A stretch of DNA of 64,000 nucleotides from Camelus ferus (Eukaryota): contig NC_045697.1 of assembly GCF_009834535.1 (NCBI RefSeq), positions 6,822,001 to 6,886,000 of the forward strand, written 5' to 3'. Both the position numbers and the translations under genes were made by a program. Shown here one piece after another: positions 37,866 through 48,295 of the stretch. Numbering within the stretch: the stretch's first letter is position 1; every line of letters starts with the position of its first letter. Under the pieces are notes generated by a model. That model ran no database searches. It was not told the DNA's origin and was given only the letters and a program-made list of their open reading frames with translations.

Positions 37866-38599
37866 CCAGGTGTGTCCACAAAATCCACCTCCAGGAGAGG
37901 CTAGAGAAGACTTTCTGGGGGGCAGCCAGGATCACAACAAAAGAGAAGGACTGGGCTGAGCTGAGCATGCCCCCATTTATTCTTCCCAAATTTACCAACC
38001 TGGTAAGTCATGAGAAAGCAAAACAGGCAGAAAGAGACATGAAAACATTTAGGAGAAATGTGCCTCTTCATGGAAACCACAAGGGGAACACAGTATCCCG
38101 CTTGCAGTCCTATGATTCCAGTGTCTGTTGGAAGGAGCAAAGGCATAAATAAGACACATGATAAATCTACAGCTGTGCGTCTTTGCCAAGCCCACCAGAC
38201 AGGAGGCCCTCAATAACACCCTCGACACCAGAGTCAATAAAAATCCAATATGATAAAAAAGCTCTGTCCCCCTTTTCCCCTCTTTATTAATTTTTTTTTC
38301 TTTTTTTACAGGGCTTTGGAAAAGGTCATAGTAGGAGATTGCATTATATTTCAAAAATCTTTAGCGTTCCCCACAGGAAACATTATCACCAATATATTTG
38401 CTTCCATTTGATGTCTTTTTGGCAGTTGATGCCAAAAAAATCTGTTGTTTTTAAACCTGTTTCCAAGTAGCAGATCCTGAGTGATTAAGAGCAGAAAAAA
38501 TAACAACAAATAAATCATGAGGAAATGTTTAGGAGTGAGAAAGGGCTGAAATCCACCGAGGTCTCTGTTTTTCACAGACTCCCGCAGGCTTGCAAAGCA

Positions 38600-38805
38600 C
38601 CCTCAGGAGGCAGATGGCCTGGGTTTACACCCGCAGCAACTCTGCGTGCAGGCTCTGTGACCTGTTCGCTTCTTCATAGAGTAAGATAACAGCGGTGGCT
38701 AATTTGAAGACATTGTGTGAGCATTAAATGAGGTGTTACATGAAAAGAGCTCTGCATGGAGCCGGACGTGTGGCAGAGGCTCTGTAAGTGCATGGCGCAG
38801 TTACT
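38600..38805 (+). mobile_element. MIR SINE
   Basis: gcctgggttt...tgtgagcattaaatgaggtg...tctgtaagtg. Confidence 0.6.
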
Positions 38806-39072
38806 GCCTTGTGGGGTTCAGGGCGGCCCCATCAGTACCGTCATTGGCAGCAGCACATTCCATTCCAGGAAACGAAAGAAATGAATTCTCTGAGAACAAT
38901 TTTTTTCCCACGGGGCTCCTCATCTTTCAACTGTGATGGGTCACTGATGAGAGATTTCTGAGCACCTTCCCCATATCATAAGCAGTGTGGAAATTTGGTG
39001 AGCCTTAGTGACACACCCCCGGGTCCTGATTTAGAAAGCAGCAAGCATCTTGATCTTTCTTTGTTGCAAGGT

Positions 39073-39449
39073 TGTCCTGTTAGGTTGCTGAGACTGATTG
39101 CAAAATACCACACACTAGGGGCTTAACACAATAGACAGTTCTGGAGGCTGAAAGTCCAAGATCGAGGGATAAGCAGAGTGGGTTCCTTCTGAGACTCTCT
39201 CCTTGGCCTGTAGATGCTCACCTTCTCCCTGTGTTTTTTCTTGGTCTTCCTCCTGTGTGTGTCTGTGTCTAATCCTCTTCTTCTTATAAGGACACCAGTC
39301 TTAACGTCCTAGGGCCCCCCACCTAAATGACCTCATTGTATCTTAATTACATCTTTAAAGGCTCATCTTCAAATACAGTCTCATTCTGAGGTGTTGGGGG
39401 TTAGCACCTCAACATCTGAATTATCAGGGACATGATTCAGCCCATAATA
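39073..39449 (-). mobile_element. MaLR solo LTR, MLT1B-like
   Basis: cagttctggaggctgaaagtccaagatc...cttcttataaggacaccagtc...caaatacagtctcattctgagg...attcagcccataa. Confidence 0.87.
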
Positions 39450-39654
39450 GGTGAGATCAAGGGGAAGAGACTTTTAAAGAGAAGATTTTGGTGCAAACTG
39501 GAAATTAGATAAGGGATATTTGGAACAGGAGGGTGCTGAATTTTCAGAGCTACTATCACTCCAGGGAACTGACACAGGCCAGGACAGAGGACAGAGAAGT
39601 CAAGAAAATTTATTGGAAATAAAATGTGTGCCCAGGTCTGAGCTGGTTGTAGGT

Positions 39655-39806
39655 TATACCTACAGCTATATCTTTATCTACATCATATCTGCATCTGCAT
39701 CTACACCTATACCCACATCCACACCCACTTCTATACCCACATCTACATCTACTTCTATATCCACATCTACATCCACATCCACATCTACTTCTATATCTGT
39801 ATCTAC
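39655..39806. repeat. Degenerate hexamer tandem repeat (ACATCT/ACATCC/ACTTCT/ATACCC)
   Basis: Read directly; period 6. Confidence 0.9.
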
Positions 39807-40241
39807 CTTGGGCCATAAATAATCACATCAAACTCATGTCTTAAAACAATAAGAATTTATTTTCTCACAGTTGTGGAGGCCAGAAGTCCAAAATAAAGGA
39901 GCCATGCCCCCTCCAAAAACTCTAGGGAGATTCTTGGCTTGCCTCTTCCAGCTTCTGGTGACTCCAAATGATGTTCCTTGGCTTGTGGCTGCATCACTCC
40001 AGTCTCTGCTCTGTCTTCACATGGCCTCTTCTCCGTCTCATGTCTCCCTCTGTCTTTCTCTTTTGACAACTGTCATTGGGTATATGGCACAGCTGGATCA
40101 TCCAGGATGATCTCATCTCCAGATCCTTAATGTAATTATATCTGCAAAGACCTTTTTTCAAGGTAAGTCACATGTTCACAGGTTCTGGGGGTGAGGATGA
40201 GGACATATATTCTGGGCCAGTGTACCATTCAACCCACTCCA
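39798..40241 (-). mobile_element. MaLR solo LTR, MLT1C-like
   Basis: cttgcctcttccagcttctggtg...ccttggcttgtggctgcatcactccagtctctg...ccaggatgatctcatctccagatccttaa. Confidence 0.87.
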
Positions 40242-40251
40242 TATATAAGCA

Positions 40252-40271
40252 TTCTCTCTTTCTCTCTCTCT

Positions 40272-40310
<39 letters not shown>

Positions 40311-40332
40311 CACACATATATATACACACACA
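40252..40332. repeat. Compound microsatellite (CT)n-(GT)17-(TA/CA)n
   Basis: Read directly. Confidence 0.92.
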
Positions 40333-40825
40333 CAGGCATCCCTCATTTTATTGTGTTTCACTTTATTGCACTTTGCAGACATTGTGTTGTTTACAAATTG
40401 AAGTCTTGTGGCAACCTTGTGTTTAGCAAGTCTATTGATACCATTTCTCCAAAAGCATTCGCTCATTTTGTGTCTCTGTGTCATTTATATTTTGGTAATT
40501 CTCACAGTATTCCAAATTTTTTCACTGTTATTACATTTGTTATGATTACCTGTGCTCAGTGATGGTTGATCTTTTTATTGCCAAGAGATTACGATGGGCT
40601 GAAGGCTCAGATGCTGGTTAGCATTTTTCAGCAATAAAGGATTTTTAAATTAAGGCATGCACATTGTTTTTTCAAAATATAATGCGATTGCACACTTAAC
40701 AGAGTATCGCAGAGTGTAAAGATAACTTTTATCTGTGCTAGGAAACAAAAATAATTAGTGCAACTTGCTTTATTGTGATATTTGCTTTATTATGGGGGTC
40801 TGGACCTGAACCTGCAATCTTCTCA
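40333..40825 (+). mobile_element. Tigger1 internal-deletion derivative (Tigger1a_Art-like)
   Basis: Tigger1 left end caggcatccctcattttattg...tacaaattgaag joined to right end gctgaaggctcagatg...gtctggacctgaacctgcaat; last TIR bases lost in AT-rich DNA. Confidence 0.85.
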
Positions 40826-41010
40826 TACATATACATATATAAAGTATACATGATATGATATATATAATGTACACAATATGATATATAAAATATATAGATA
40901 TATAATATGAAAATTAAATACATCATAATATGTAAATATACACTATAATATATAATTATATGTTAATTTATAGTATTATATATATAATATATATAATTTT
41001 ATTTAATTCT
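40826..41010. repeat. AT-rich (TA)n-derived low-complexity tract
   Basis: Read directly. Confidence 0.85.
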
Positions 41011-41974
41011 TATGAAAATAAATGCTGGCAGGCTGGCAGAGATACGCAAGGCAGAAATGCTTCAGTAGGATGCAGTATGCATTCAGATGGATCTACCCAC
41101 TGCTGTTTCCCCTCCCTGAAGGTCCAGGTGCAGGCGTGCAGAGATGCACCCCACGGGGAGGAGAGGAGAGGCTGAGCCTTGCCTGCCCCCACTCCCTGGG
41201 AGGTGACTCACCTCCGCAGAGAAGCAGGCTTAAAGTGATGCACATTTCTAATGCAAATGCTCACACAGAAACCCGAACTTATGAGTGTCATTATTTCTGC
41301 TTAAGTAAAATTCCAGCATACATATTTTGATTAAATTTCTTTTACCAGGGAATGGCAATGTCAAAAGATCAGAGAATTACAGAACACATTTCTGAGATAT
41401 GTGACAAGAATGGGTAAGTCAGAGACACCTGGGAAGATTCTTCCCCTGAGCTTGGAGGTTGCATCTCTGGTCGGTAAAACTCGCTGTATTGCCACCTGTC
41501 CGGGAACACTGACAACTGTGTTAATGAACGAAAAATGAATCCTGCTCATTATTTTAAGCCATTTGAACTTGAAACTATATTGCCTTTAACAAGCAACATA
41601 TTTAATGGGCTGAAGATAGCTAGAAATTCTAATTAATAACCTCTTTGCTGGGCTGTTTGCAATATTAAAATTCTAATGTGATGATTTGAGTATATAGAGT
41701 TAAAGATACACAATCAAATACAAACATGAGTCTATTTTTCAGCAATGTCTTAATTTGGAAAGGCCCTTTTCCCTCTTAAAGCAATGCCTCACTTCTGCCT
41801 AAGCATGACTATAGGAACTTCCTTTGGGATAACACACATGTGGAACCAGAACGCAGTGTTGAAAATCGCCCTTCTAGAGAGCTTACGTCCGTTAGACTGG
41901 ACTTATGTTAGAATAGATCTGAGACCTGGACAGGCAAGGCAATGTTTCATTGCACAGCTTGGCAGTCAAATGTC

Positions 41975-42065
41975 TAGACGTCCATGTCCTGGTTTTCCTG
42001 GGGCATTCCTGATTCATGTCTGTTGTCCTGAGGTCCCATCCTGTAAACACTCCATTCACTCTCAC
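41975..42065. mobile_element. hAT-Blackjack MITE, MER94-like
   Basis: atgtcctggttttcctggggcattcctgattcatgtctgttgtcctg...cattcactctca. Confidence 0.6.
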
Positions 42066-42070
42066 TAGTA

Positions 42071-42607
42071 TTTTAGGGTACAGAAAAGGCTTGACATAGC
42101 AGATCAGAGATGGCTGTCTTTAGAAAGGCCTTCTTGCGAGGTTGGCCCCAGACTGTTTTGGGGCACTTCTCTGGTATACGGGTCCCTACACTGATATACA
42201 GCTTTTCCTAACTGGTAAGTGTGACCCACTGTACTTACCCCATGGAGACAGCATAGTTGTGTTGCTTTCTTTCTGGAAGTCTGGAATTTGGGACATGCTA
42301 GGCAGAGGGGGCCTGTGTGGCGAGCCCCTAAGACAAACTTGAGCAAACGTCTAGCAGATTCCTCTGGACGCATGTTCTGCATTTTCACTGCTGACCGAAG
42401 AGTGTGCTTCGTCTGACTGCTCAAGAAGAAGCGAGAGCATAGGGAAGCCGCACACGGATCCTGCAGACTCTGCCTGCCTTCATTTCTGTGACGCTCTGGC
42501 TGTGTCTCTACTGTGGCCTGTAATAAATCTAAGCTGTGAGCATAACCGTATGCTGAGTTCTAGTGAATTTCCAAAGATGGGTGTGTTCTTGGGGGTCCCA
42601 GGCACAC
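42071..42607 (+). mobile_element. ERVL solo LTR, MER68-like
   Basis: tagaaaggccttcttgcgaggttggccc...tctggaagtctggaatttgg...tgctaggcagaggg...ctgtaataaatct...ttgggggtcccaggcaca. Confidence 0.8.
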
Positions 42608-43574
42608 AAGGGTGTGGTGACAGGTGGTATGTTCACTTTATTTGACACTTACTTTGCCTGAGTTGCATAGTGACTCCAGAAGCCATCAGGGCCAGGATAG
42701 ATACTTCAGTTTCAAAGCTGAGAAACAGAAGCTCAGACAGAGTCTATGTGGCTTGCTGAGACTCACCATAACCTGTTCTGTCTTATCTGCAGGCCAGGAG
42801 AGCTTCATGTAGAGAAAACTGGTGCACTGGGACTAAAACCCTATTTCCAGAAATAGCTGGAGAAGTGGGGTGAACAGCTGATCTCCTCCCCTGGGCTGTG
42901 AACATCAGTGTATCTGGTACACAGAAGTGTGGTCAGGATGGAAGATGCAGGCGTGCTCAGCCTGTGGCACACACAGGTCCTCAGGGGAAGTCAGGTCTTC
43001 GTCTTCTCTCTCCCAGGCCAGTGCTCACTCCACGTCCTGGCATCACCTCTCTGATAGCGAAGTCTGAAGACCAGTCTCAACACGGACCACATCAACAATC
43101 TGAACTTCTTTGCGTAATGGTGCTTTGGAGAGAAATAAAATGCTCCAGGTGAAAAAGTCAGCTTTTGTTTGATAAACTGCTGAGCCCGGATCACAGAGGC
43201 TATTCAGATTTCAGACGTCCCATCCTAACAGCAGCAAAGACAGAACAAGTGAGGAAGAGATGAGCACGTTCCCTGGGCCAGGCTGATAACTTGTGCTTCC
43301 AGAGCCTCCCACGTGTCTTCCATCAGAGGAGACAAGCTATAGCCGTTCTGAGAAGGGAGAAATCATAGTCTCTCCCAGCTCTGTTCTCTCCTACCCATGG
43401 GCAGCTTTTGTCTTCTTGTTCCTGAAACTCTGTCATTCATGCTGCCATGGAGGGAAGTGATGGAGAGCAAGAAAAGCTACACTCTAATCCATCACAGCAC
43501 AGAGCTCACCCCGTGGACACACAGTGGCAGCCAAAGCTGAACAACTAACTGGACAATAGAAGTGAGGGTGTTAG

Positions 43575-43770
43575 GAAAGGGTACCATTTACTGTGGGTCA
43601 AAACTGTGTGAGACACTGAATCTCCCACCCATGTAACCTTCCTGTGGGGTAAATATTCCCATTTTGCTGATGAAGAACCAAGTAAGTGCCAGGAGGCTAA
43701 GTGATGTGTCCAAGATCACCCAGCTAGAAGAAGGAGGAATAGGACTAAAGCTTCCATATCATCTTTCCAT
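43575..43770 (-). mobile_element. MIR SINE
   Basis: tattcccattttgctgatgaagaacc...gtgatgtgtccaagatcacccagctag. Confidence 0.7.
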
Positions 43771-44504
43771 TACTCTGTTTTTATTTTTTTTCTTCCCACC
43801 ACCTCTGTAGCTTAGCCAATGGGGCAATTCCTTGAGGAGACTAGTTATTGTTAGAGATCAGCTTGGGCAGAGTGAAGGGCTCCTGGTTATGGAGGGAGAC
43901 AATTTCAGGTGTCTATAGCCCAAGTCATCTGTACTATTGGACCACTGGGTGCTGCCTGAGTTAAGGTTGGCTTAAGAAGTAGAGTCAAGATTGGGTTGAT
44001 GTGGGTAGGGACTTCCAGACAGGAAAGTTGTGGGACCCAGGGAAGGGGTCAGAAGAATGGAGGCAAGGGTGTTTGGAGGAGTCCTCCACTGTTTGGAGGG
44101 CACCCTGGTGAAGGAATTCCACTGAACTGGGAATACAACATGATCAGGTTGCAGCTTTGCACCTGCTAGAGATGGTGACTTAAACCAAGTTGTCTCCCTT
44201 CTAGAATTTCTTCTCCATCTGTGTTTTTATACATTTTAGCAATTAGGTAGGATATCATTCAAAAGTGTATTTAAAAAAAAAAACTTCATGCAATACAGTA
44301 AGGTTCCCTACAAATGAGGACATTGGAATAAAGGCAGACTACAGCTGGGACGGTAGGGCCCAGGTGAAGACACGCAGATGATACAGGCGCACTTGCTTGG
44401 GTTCTGCAGTTACTGCCCTGCTCTGGATGTCCTGTCAACCAAAGAAAGAAAAACACATGGCTGGTTACATGATTTGAGTTGTCTTTAAGCCAAAAGCAGA
44501 CTAA

Positions 44505-44688
44505 TTTTTTAACATTTTTTATTGATTTATAATCATTTTACAATGTTGTGTCAAATTCCAGTGTAGAGCACAATGTTTCAGTTATACATGAACATATATA
44601 TATATTCATATATATATATTCATTGTCACATTTTTTTCTCTGTGAGCTACCACAAGATCTTGTATATATTTCCCTGTGCTGTACAGTA
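44505..44688 (-). mobile_element. Young camelid-type L1 3' end
   Basis: aacattttttattgatttataatcattttacaatgttgtgtcaaattccagtgtagagcac...gagctaccacaagatcttgtatatatttccctgtgctgtacagta. Confidence 0.9.
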
Positions 44689-44714
44689 TTTATCTCCACA
44701 TGATAGATGAGGAT

Positions 44715-45142
44715 TGTATTATTTTTCCAGAGCTTCTGTAAAAAAGTACCAGAAACTGGGAAGTTTAAAACATCGGAAATTCTGGAAGCTGAAGGTGTGA
44801 AGTCAAGGTGTTGTCAGGGCCATCCTCCCTCTGAAACCTGGAGAAGAGACTCCTTGCCTCTTCCTAGCTTCTGGCAGATTTGGCAAACTTTGGCTTTCCT
44901 TGGTTTGTAGAAGCATCACCCTCATCCTCTTTCTGTTCATGTCTGGATCTGTGTCCAAATTTCCCTTTTTTATAGAGACACTTGTTCTAGTAGTAGATTA
45001 GGGGCTCATCCCATTCCACTATGACTTCATCTTAACTAACTACATCTACAACAGCTTTTTATCCAAATAAGGTCACATTGTAAGGTACTAGGGGTTAGAA
45101 CTTCAGCATAGATGTTTAGGGTACAAAATTCCACCCATAAAA
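44715..45142 (-). mobile_element. MaLR solo LTR, MLT1C-like, with intact TSD
   Basis: tgtatta...cttgcctcttcctagcttctgg...ccaaataaggtcacattg...acccataa; 5-bp TSD AGGAT at 44710-44714 and 45143-45147. Confidence 0.88.
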
Positions 45143-45159
45143 AGGATCAAGACAAGTTA

Positions 45160-45370
45160 TAAGCTTTGGGATCAGACTGGCTTATTTGAATCCTGATTCC
45201 AATACTTCTTAGCTGTGTGACTTTGGGCAGATTACTTAACATTTCTGAACCTCAATTTCCATATCTATAAAATGACATTCTTAAGAGTATTTAACTCACA
45301 GTCTTTCTGAAGACATAGCAAGATAATGTGTATCAAATGACTTAAAAGTTGCTAAACACATTGGATGCAC
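45160..45370 (+). mobile_element. MIR SINE
   Basis: tgaatcctgattcc...tagctgtgtgactttgggcagattacttaac...ctgaacctcaatttcc. Confidence 0.8.
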
Positions 45371-46013
45371 TCTATTTCTATCACACAGGTCTGTAGTGAT
45401 GAGGGGCCATTCCAAGTTCACACTGTCAGTAAAGAGCAAAACTGGACCTTGAGCCTCAGGTTTCTGAGTATAAGCAAAAGATCTTTTTCTGTATATACCA
45501 GCTTAATTGATCACCTACCACATATTAAAATAAGCGTTTTTTTCCAAAAGACTGATTAAAAAAATCAAAGCTGGTTTCCTAAGAATAAGAGATGAATTGA
45601 AGAAAAACAACTGAAAAATCAATACCAAAAGCAGTTTAGCTATTGCCAAAAGATAATTAGCTATCAGTATCCTGCAGAATAGAAACGACTGGGGCAGAAA
45701 TACTTGATCTGTTTTGTTCACTAATGAATCCCCACAGCTCAGAACAATGTCTGGCACAAAGTAGGTACTCCAGAAATATTCCTTGATCACTGAATGTGGA
45801 AAAGCTTTATGAATGGGCACATACTTTAAGTTAGAAATCCTGATTTTAGTAATTTCCTTTAAGAAACAATTAAAGCTAAGCAGAAATTTAGTTACATGAA
45901 TTTTTTTTTATTGAAGATCTGTTTATAAAGCAAAAATGTTGACTGCAGCCTAAATGCATATTAATGGGGACTGGTTAAATAATAGCCCTACAGCTATGAG
46001 ATGGTGCACCACT

Positions 46014-46492
46014 TGTGGAGGAGAGAATAAAGGGCTGCAAAGATGTCCATGTCCTGATCTCTAGAATCTGTGACTTTACAGATGTGATTAAGGTTAAAGA
46101 CCTTAAGATGGAGGAATTACCCTGGGTTATTCGGGCAGAATAGAACAAATCAACTCACATAAATCTTTAACAAGGGATAACTTTCCCCACAGTGATCAGA
46201 GGAAAAGAGGTTATGATAGAAGCAAGGTCAGAGGGATGCTACGTTCCTGACCTTGATGATGGAGGAAGAGTCCTTGAGCCAAGGGTTGCAGTGGACTTTG
46301 GAGCTGAAAAAGGCAAAGAAACAGAGTTTTCTCTAGAGCCTCTGGAAGGAGCTCAGCTTTGCTAACAACTTGGTTTTGTTCCAGTGAGATCCAGATTAGA
46401 CATCTGACTCACAGGACTGTCAGATCATAAATGCATTTGGCCAAGTCACCATCTGCGGTCTTTTGTTACAGCAGCAATAGGAAACCCATACA
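46014..46492 (+). mobile_element. MaLR solo LTR, MLT1D-like
   Basis: caaagatgtccatgtcctgatc...actttacagatgtgattaag...aggcaaagaaacagagttttctctagagcctc...ttgttacagcagcaataggaaacccataca. Confidence 0.87.
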
Positions 46493-46524
46493 GTGGTCAA
46501 GTGTTTCCCGGGGTAAGGGAGGAC

Positions 46525-46700
46525 CCTCACACTCAGATGTCTACAGCAATTGGGAAGTTGCATGTGAGTGTCAGCGAGCTCTAATATAAAGCAGTAAGTT
46601 GTAAGGTACCAAGTCTACCATCTGCTGTCTAGTCCCTTAGCCCATTAAGCTATGTGGAAAAGGGAGGTGGGGGAGTTGAGCCAGCAATCTCTACCCTCTG
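46525..46700. mobile_element. hAT-Charlie fragment, MER102-like
   Basis: actcagatgtctacag...gtgagtgtcagcgagc...aatataaagcagtaag. Confidence 0.4.
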
Positions 46701-46788
46701 CGGCAGTGGAAAACTTATTGGCTTGAATGAATTCTCACAATGTATTTTTACAGAAAAATAGCTGCTCTTAAAATAGCAGAGACAGTAG

Positions 46789-46838
46789 GTGTGTGTATGT
46801 GTATGTGTGTGTATGTGTATGTATGTATGTGTGTATAT

Positions 46839-46869
<31 letters not shown>
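46789..46869. repeat. Compound (TG)/(TA) microsatellite
   Basis: Read directly. Confidence 0.92.
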
Positions 46870-47904
46870 GTAATTTTATTTACATCGAAAATGATCTGGA
46901 AGGATGTGATCTGATAACAGATCATCTGGAAAAATGAGATAATGAAAATTTCAATTTATTTTTGTGTCTCTGCATATTCTAATTTCTTTGTAATGAACTT
47001 ACATGGTTTTGAAACTGCAGGACCAGTTAAATAGAGAAACGAGAAGTGAATTGCCCCCTCCTGGCAGGGCAGACAGTGAAACCCACTTGAGAAACCCATC
47101 TTGAGCTAAATTCCATCCTGTCACCAATTTTTCACTTCTCTCCTGGGTGCTGGTGACAGTTGCCTTTTATATCATTTCAGCCAGGCCTTATTCATTCCTC
47201 TGTGGGGCCAATTCAGTTAAAAGCATGCTGACCCCCAGAAAAGGCAACATTCTGGGTCTGCCTCCCCAGGGAGATCTCCACATCGCAGCTATGAAATAGG
47301 GCCGTGCAAAACTCATAAATCCCCTGCCTTGTTAAATTAACCATCCTGCAGGGTGGCGAATACAATCCCCATTGCCAGCTCATCCATCTCAGGGAGCTGA
47401 AAGCAGCAGAATCGAAAGCAGGGACAGTGAATGGAACCCTCTCTGTGGCAGTGAACTCCCTGCTTCACGACCCAGCTGTGGCCTCACCCGTTGCTCTGCT
47501 CCTTTTAGGAGTTGGAATTCTTCCACCTAGAGAGGCAGTTTCCCCTAGTGGAGAAGTACATGGGGCCTGGAGCAGACATACCCCGAAAGGAGCCCTGGCT
47601 ACTCCCTGCCCTAGTTGGTGACCCTTCTGCGGTTGGATATACTTGGATCTTACTAACATGCAACTTCTGCATCTTCTAAAAGGGATGATGGTCTGGACCT
47701 CCAAGTTTATGACAAGGATTAAACATACAGGAAGCATTTGATTTAGAGGGCACATCAGAAGCACACACGGTGTCATCCCTTGTTAATTATTAACCATGTT
47801 TATCATTGCCATCCTTGTCTTATAGGTTATCTCTCTGGGATGCTTTCTAGGAAATGTCACCTCCTACTCCCAGATTTGCTCCTCAGGGTGGCTTTTTCAG
47901 GGGA

Positions 47905-48295
47905 AAACATTTTTTATTTATGTATGTAACTCAGCCAAATGCCAAAAGGAACTTGAAGTAGCTTATAGAATTTCATAACTTAGTACAAAAAACTCTTGTC
48001 AATGAGTAAAGGTGGTGAAAGATGAATTGAGATAGGAAAATAGCCAAAAGTAGATGACCAAAATGGTTAATTCCCACAGCTGAGCAACTGGTTGTTACTA
48101 TCCAAATTCTGTACCTTTGCTAGGGGCATGCTGTACATTTGGTTCTGGATTTCTCAGTGGACCAAGAAAAGAGGGAATGATGGTAAGTTAAAAGCCTAGA
48201 AAAGGTGTGGATGTCTTTATTCTAGGACTGAAATCTGAAGGGAATTCCTCTGCAGCACTGCAACAATGGAAACAACTCAATAATATAGGGGGAAG
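47905..48295 (-). mobile_element. L4 (RTE-X) LINE 3' fragment
   Basis: ttttatttatgtatgtaactcagcc...ccaaaaggaacttgaagtagctta resembles the L4 terminus; catttggttctggatttctc...gaaaagagggaa. Confidence 0.55.

Larger units (their letters stand above)
45825..47010 (+). mobile_element. Ancient L1ME-type 3' fragments interrupted by MLT1D and others
   Basis: tgtttataaagcaaaaa...cagcctaaatgc...ggggactggttaaata (45.9 kb) and atctggaagga...ttttgtgtctctgcatattctaatttc (46.9-47.0 kb). Confidence 0.5.

Noticed and set aside
37652..38152. 166-aa and 170-aa overlapping ORFs, among the longest in the window
   Set aside because: They overlap an ERVL LTR, show no recognisable domain and have no convincing splice or promoter context; consistent with chance ORFs
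39520..39822. Ser/Thr-rich mucin-like ORF and Cys/Arg-rich antisense ORF
   Set aside because: Produced by the hexamer tandem repeat
41489..41503. CTCF-like tgccacctgtccg
   Set aside because: Three mismatches in the core
46008..46497. Inverted 5-mers (accac/gtggt) flanking MLT1D instead of a direct TSD
   Set aside because: A 5-bp match offset by one base is likely coincidence after TSD decay
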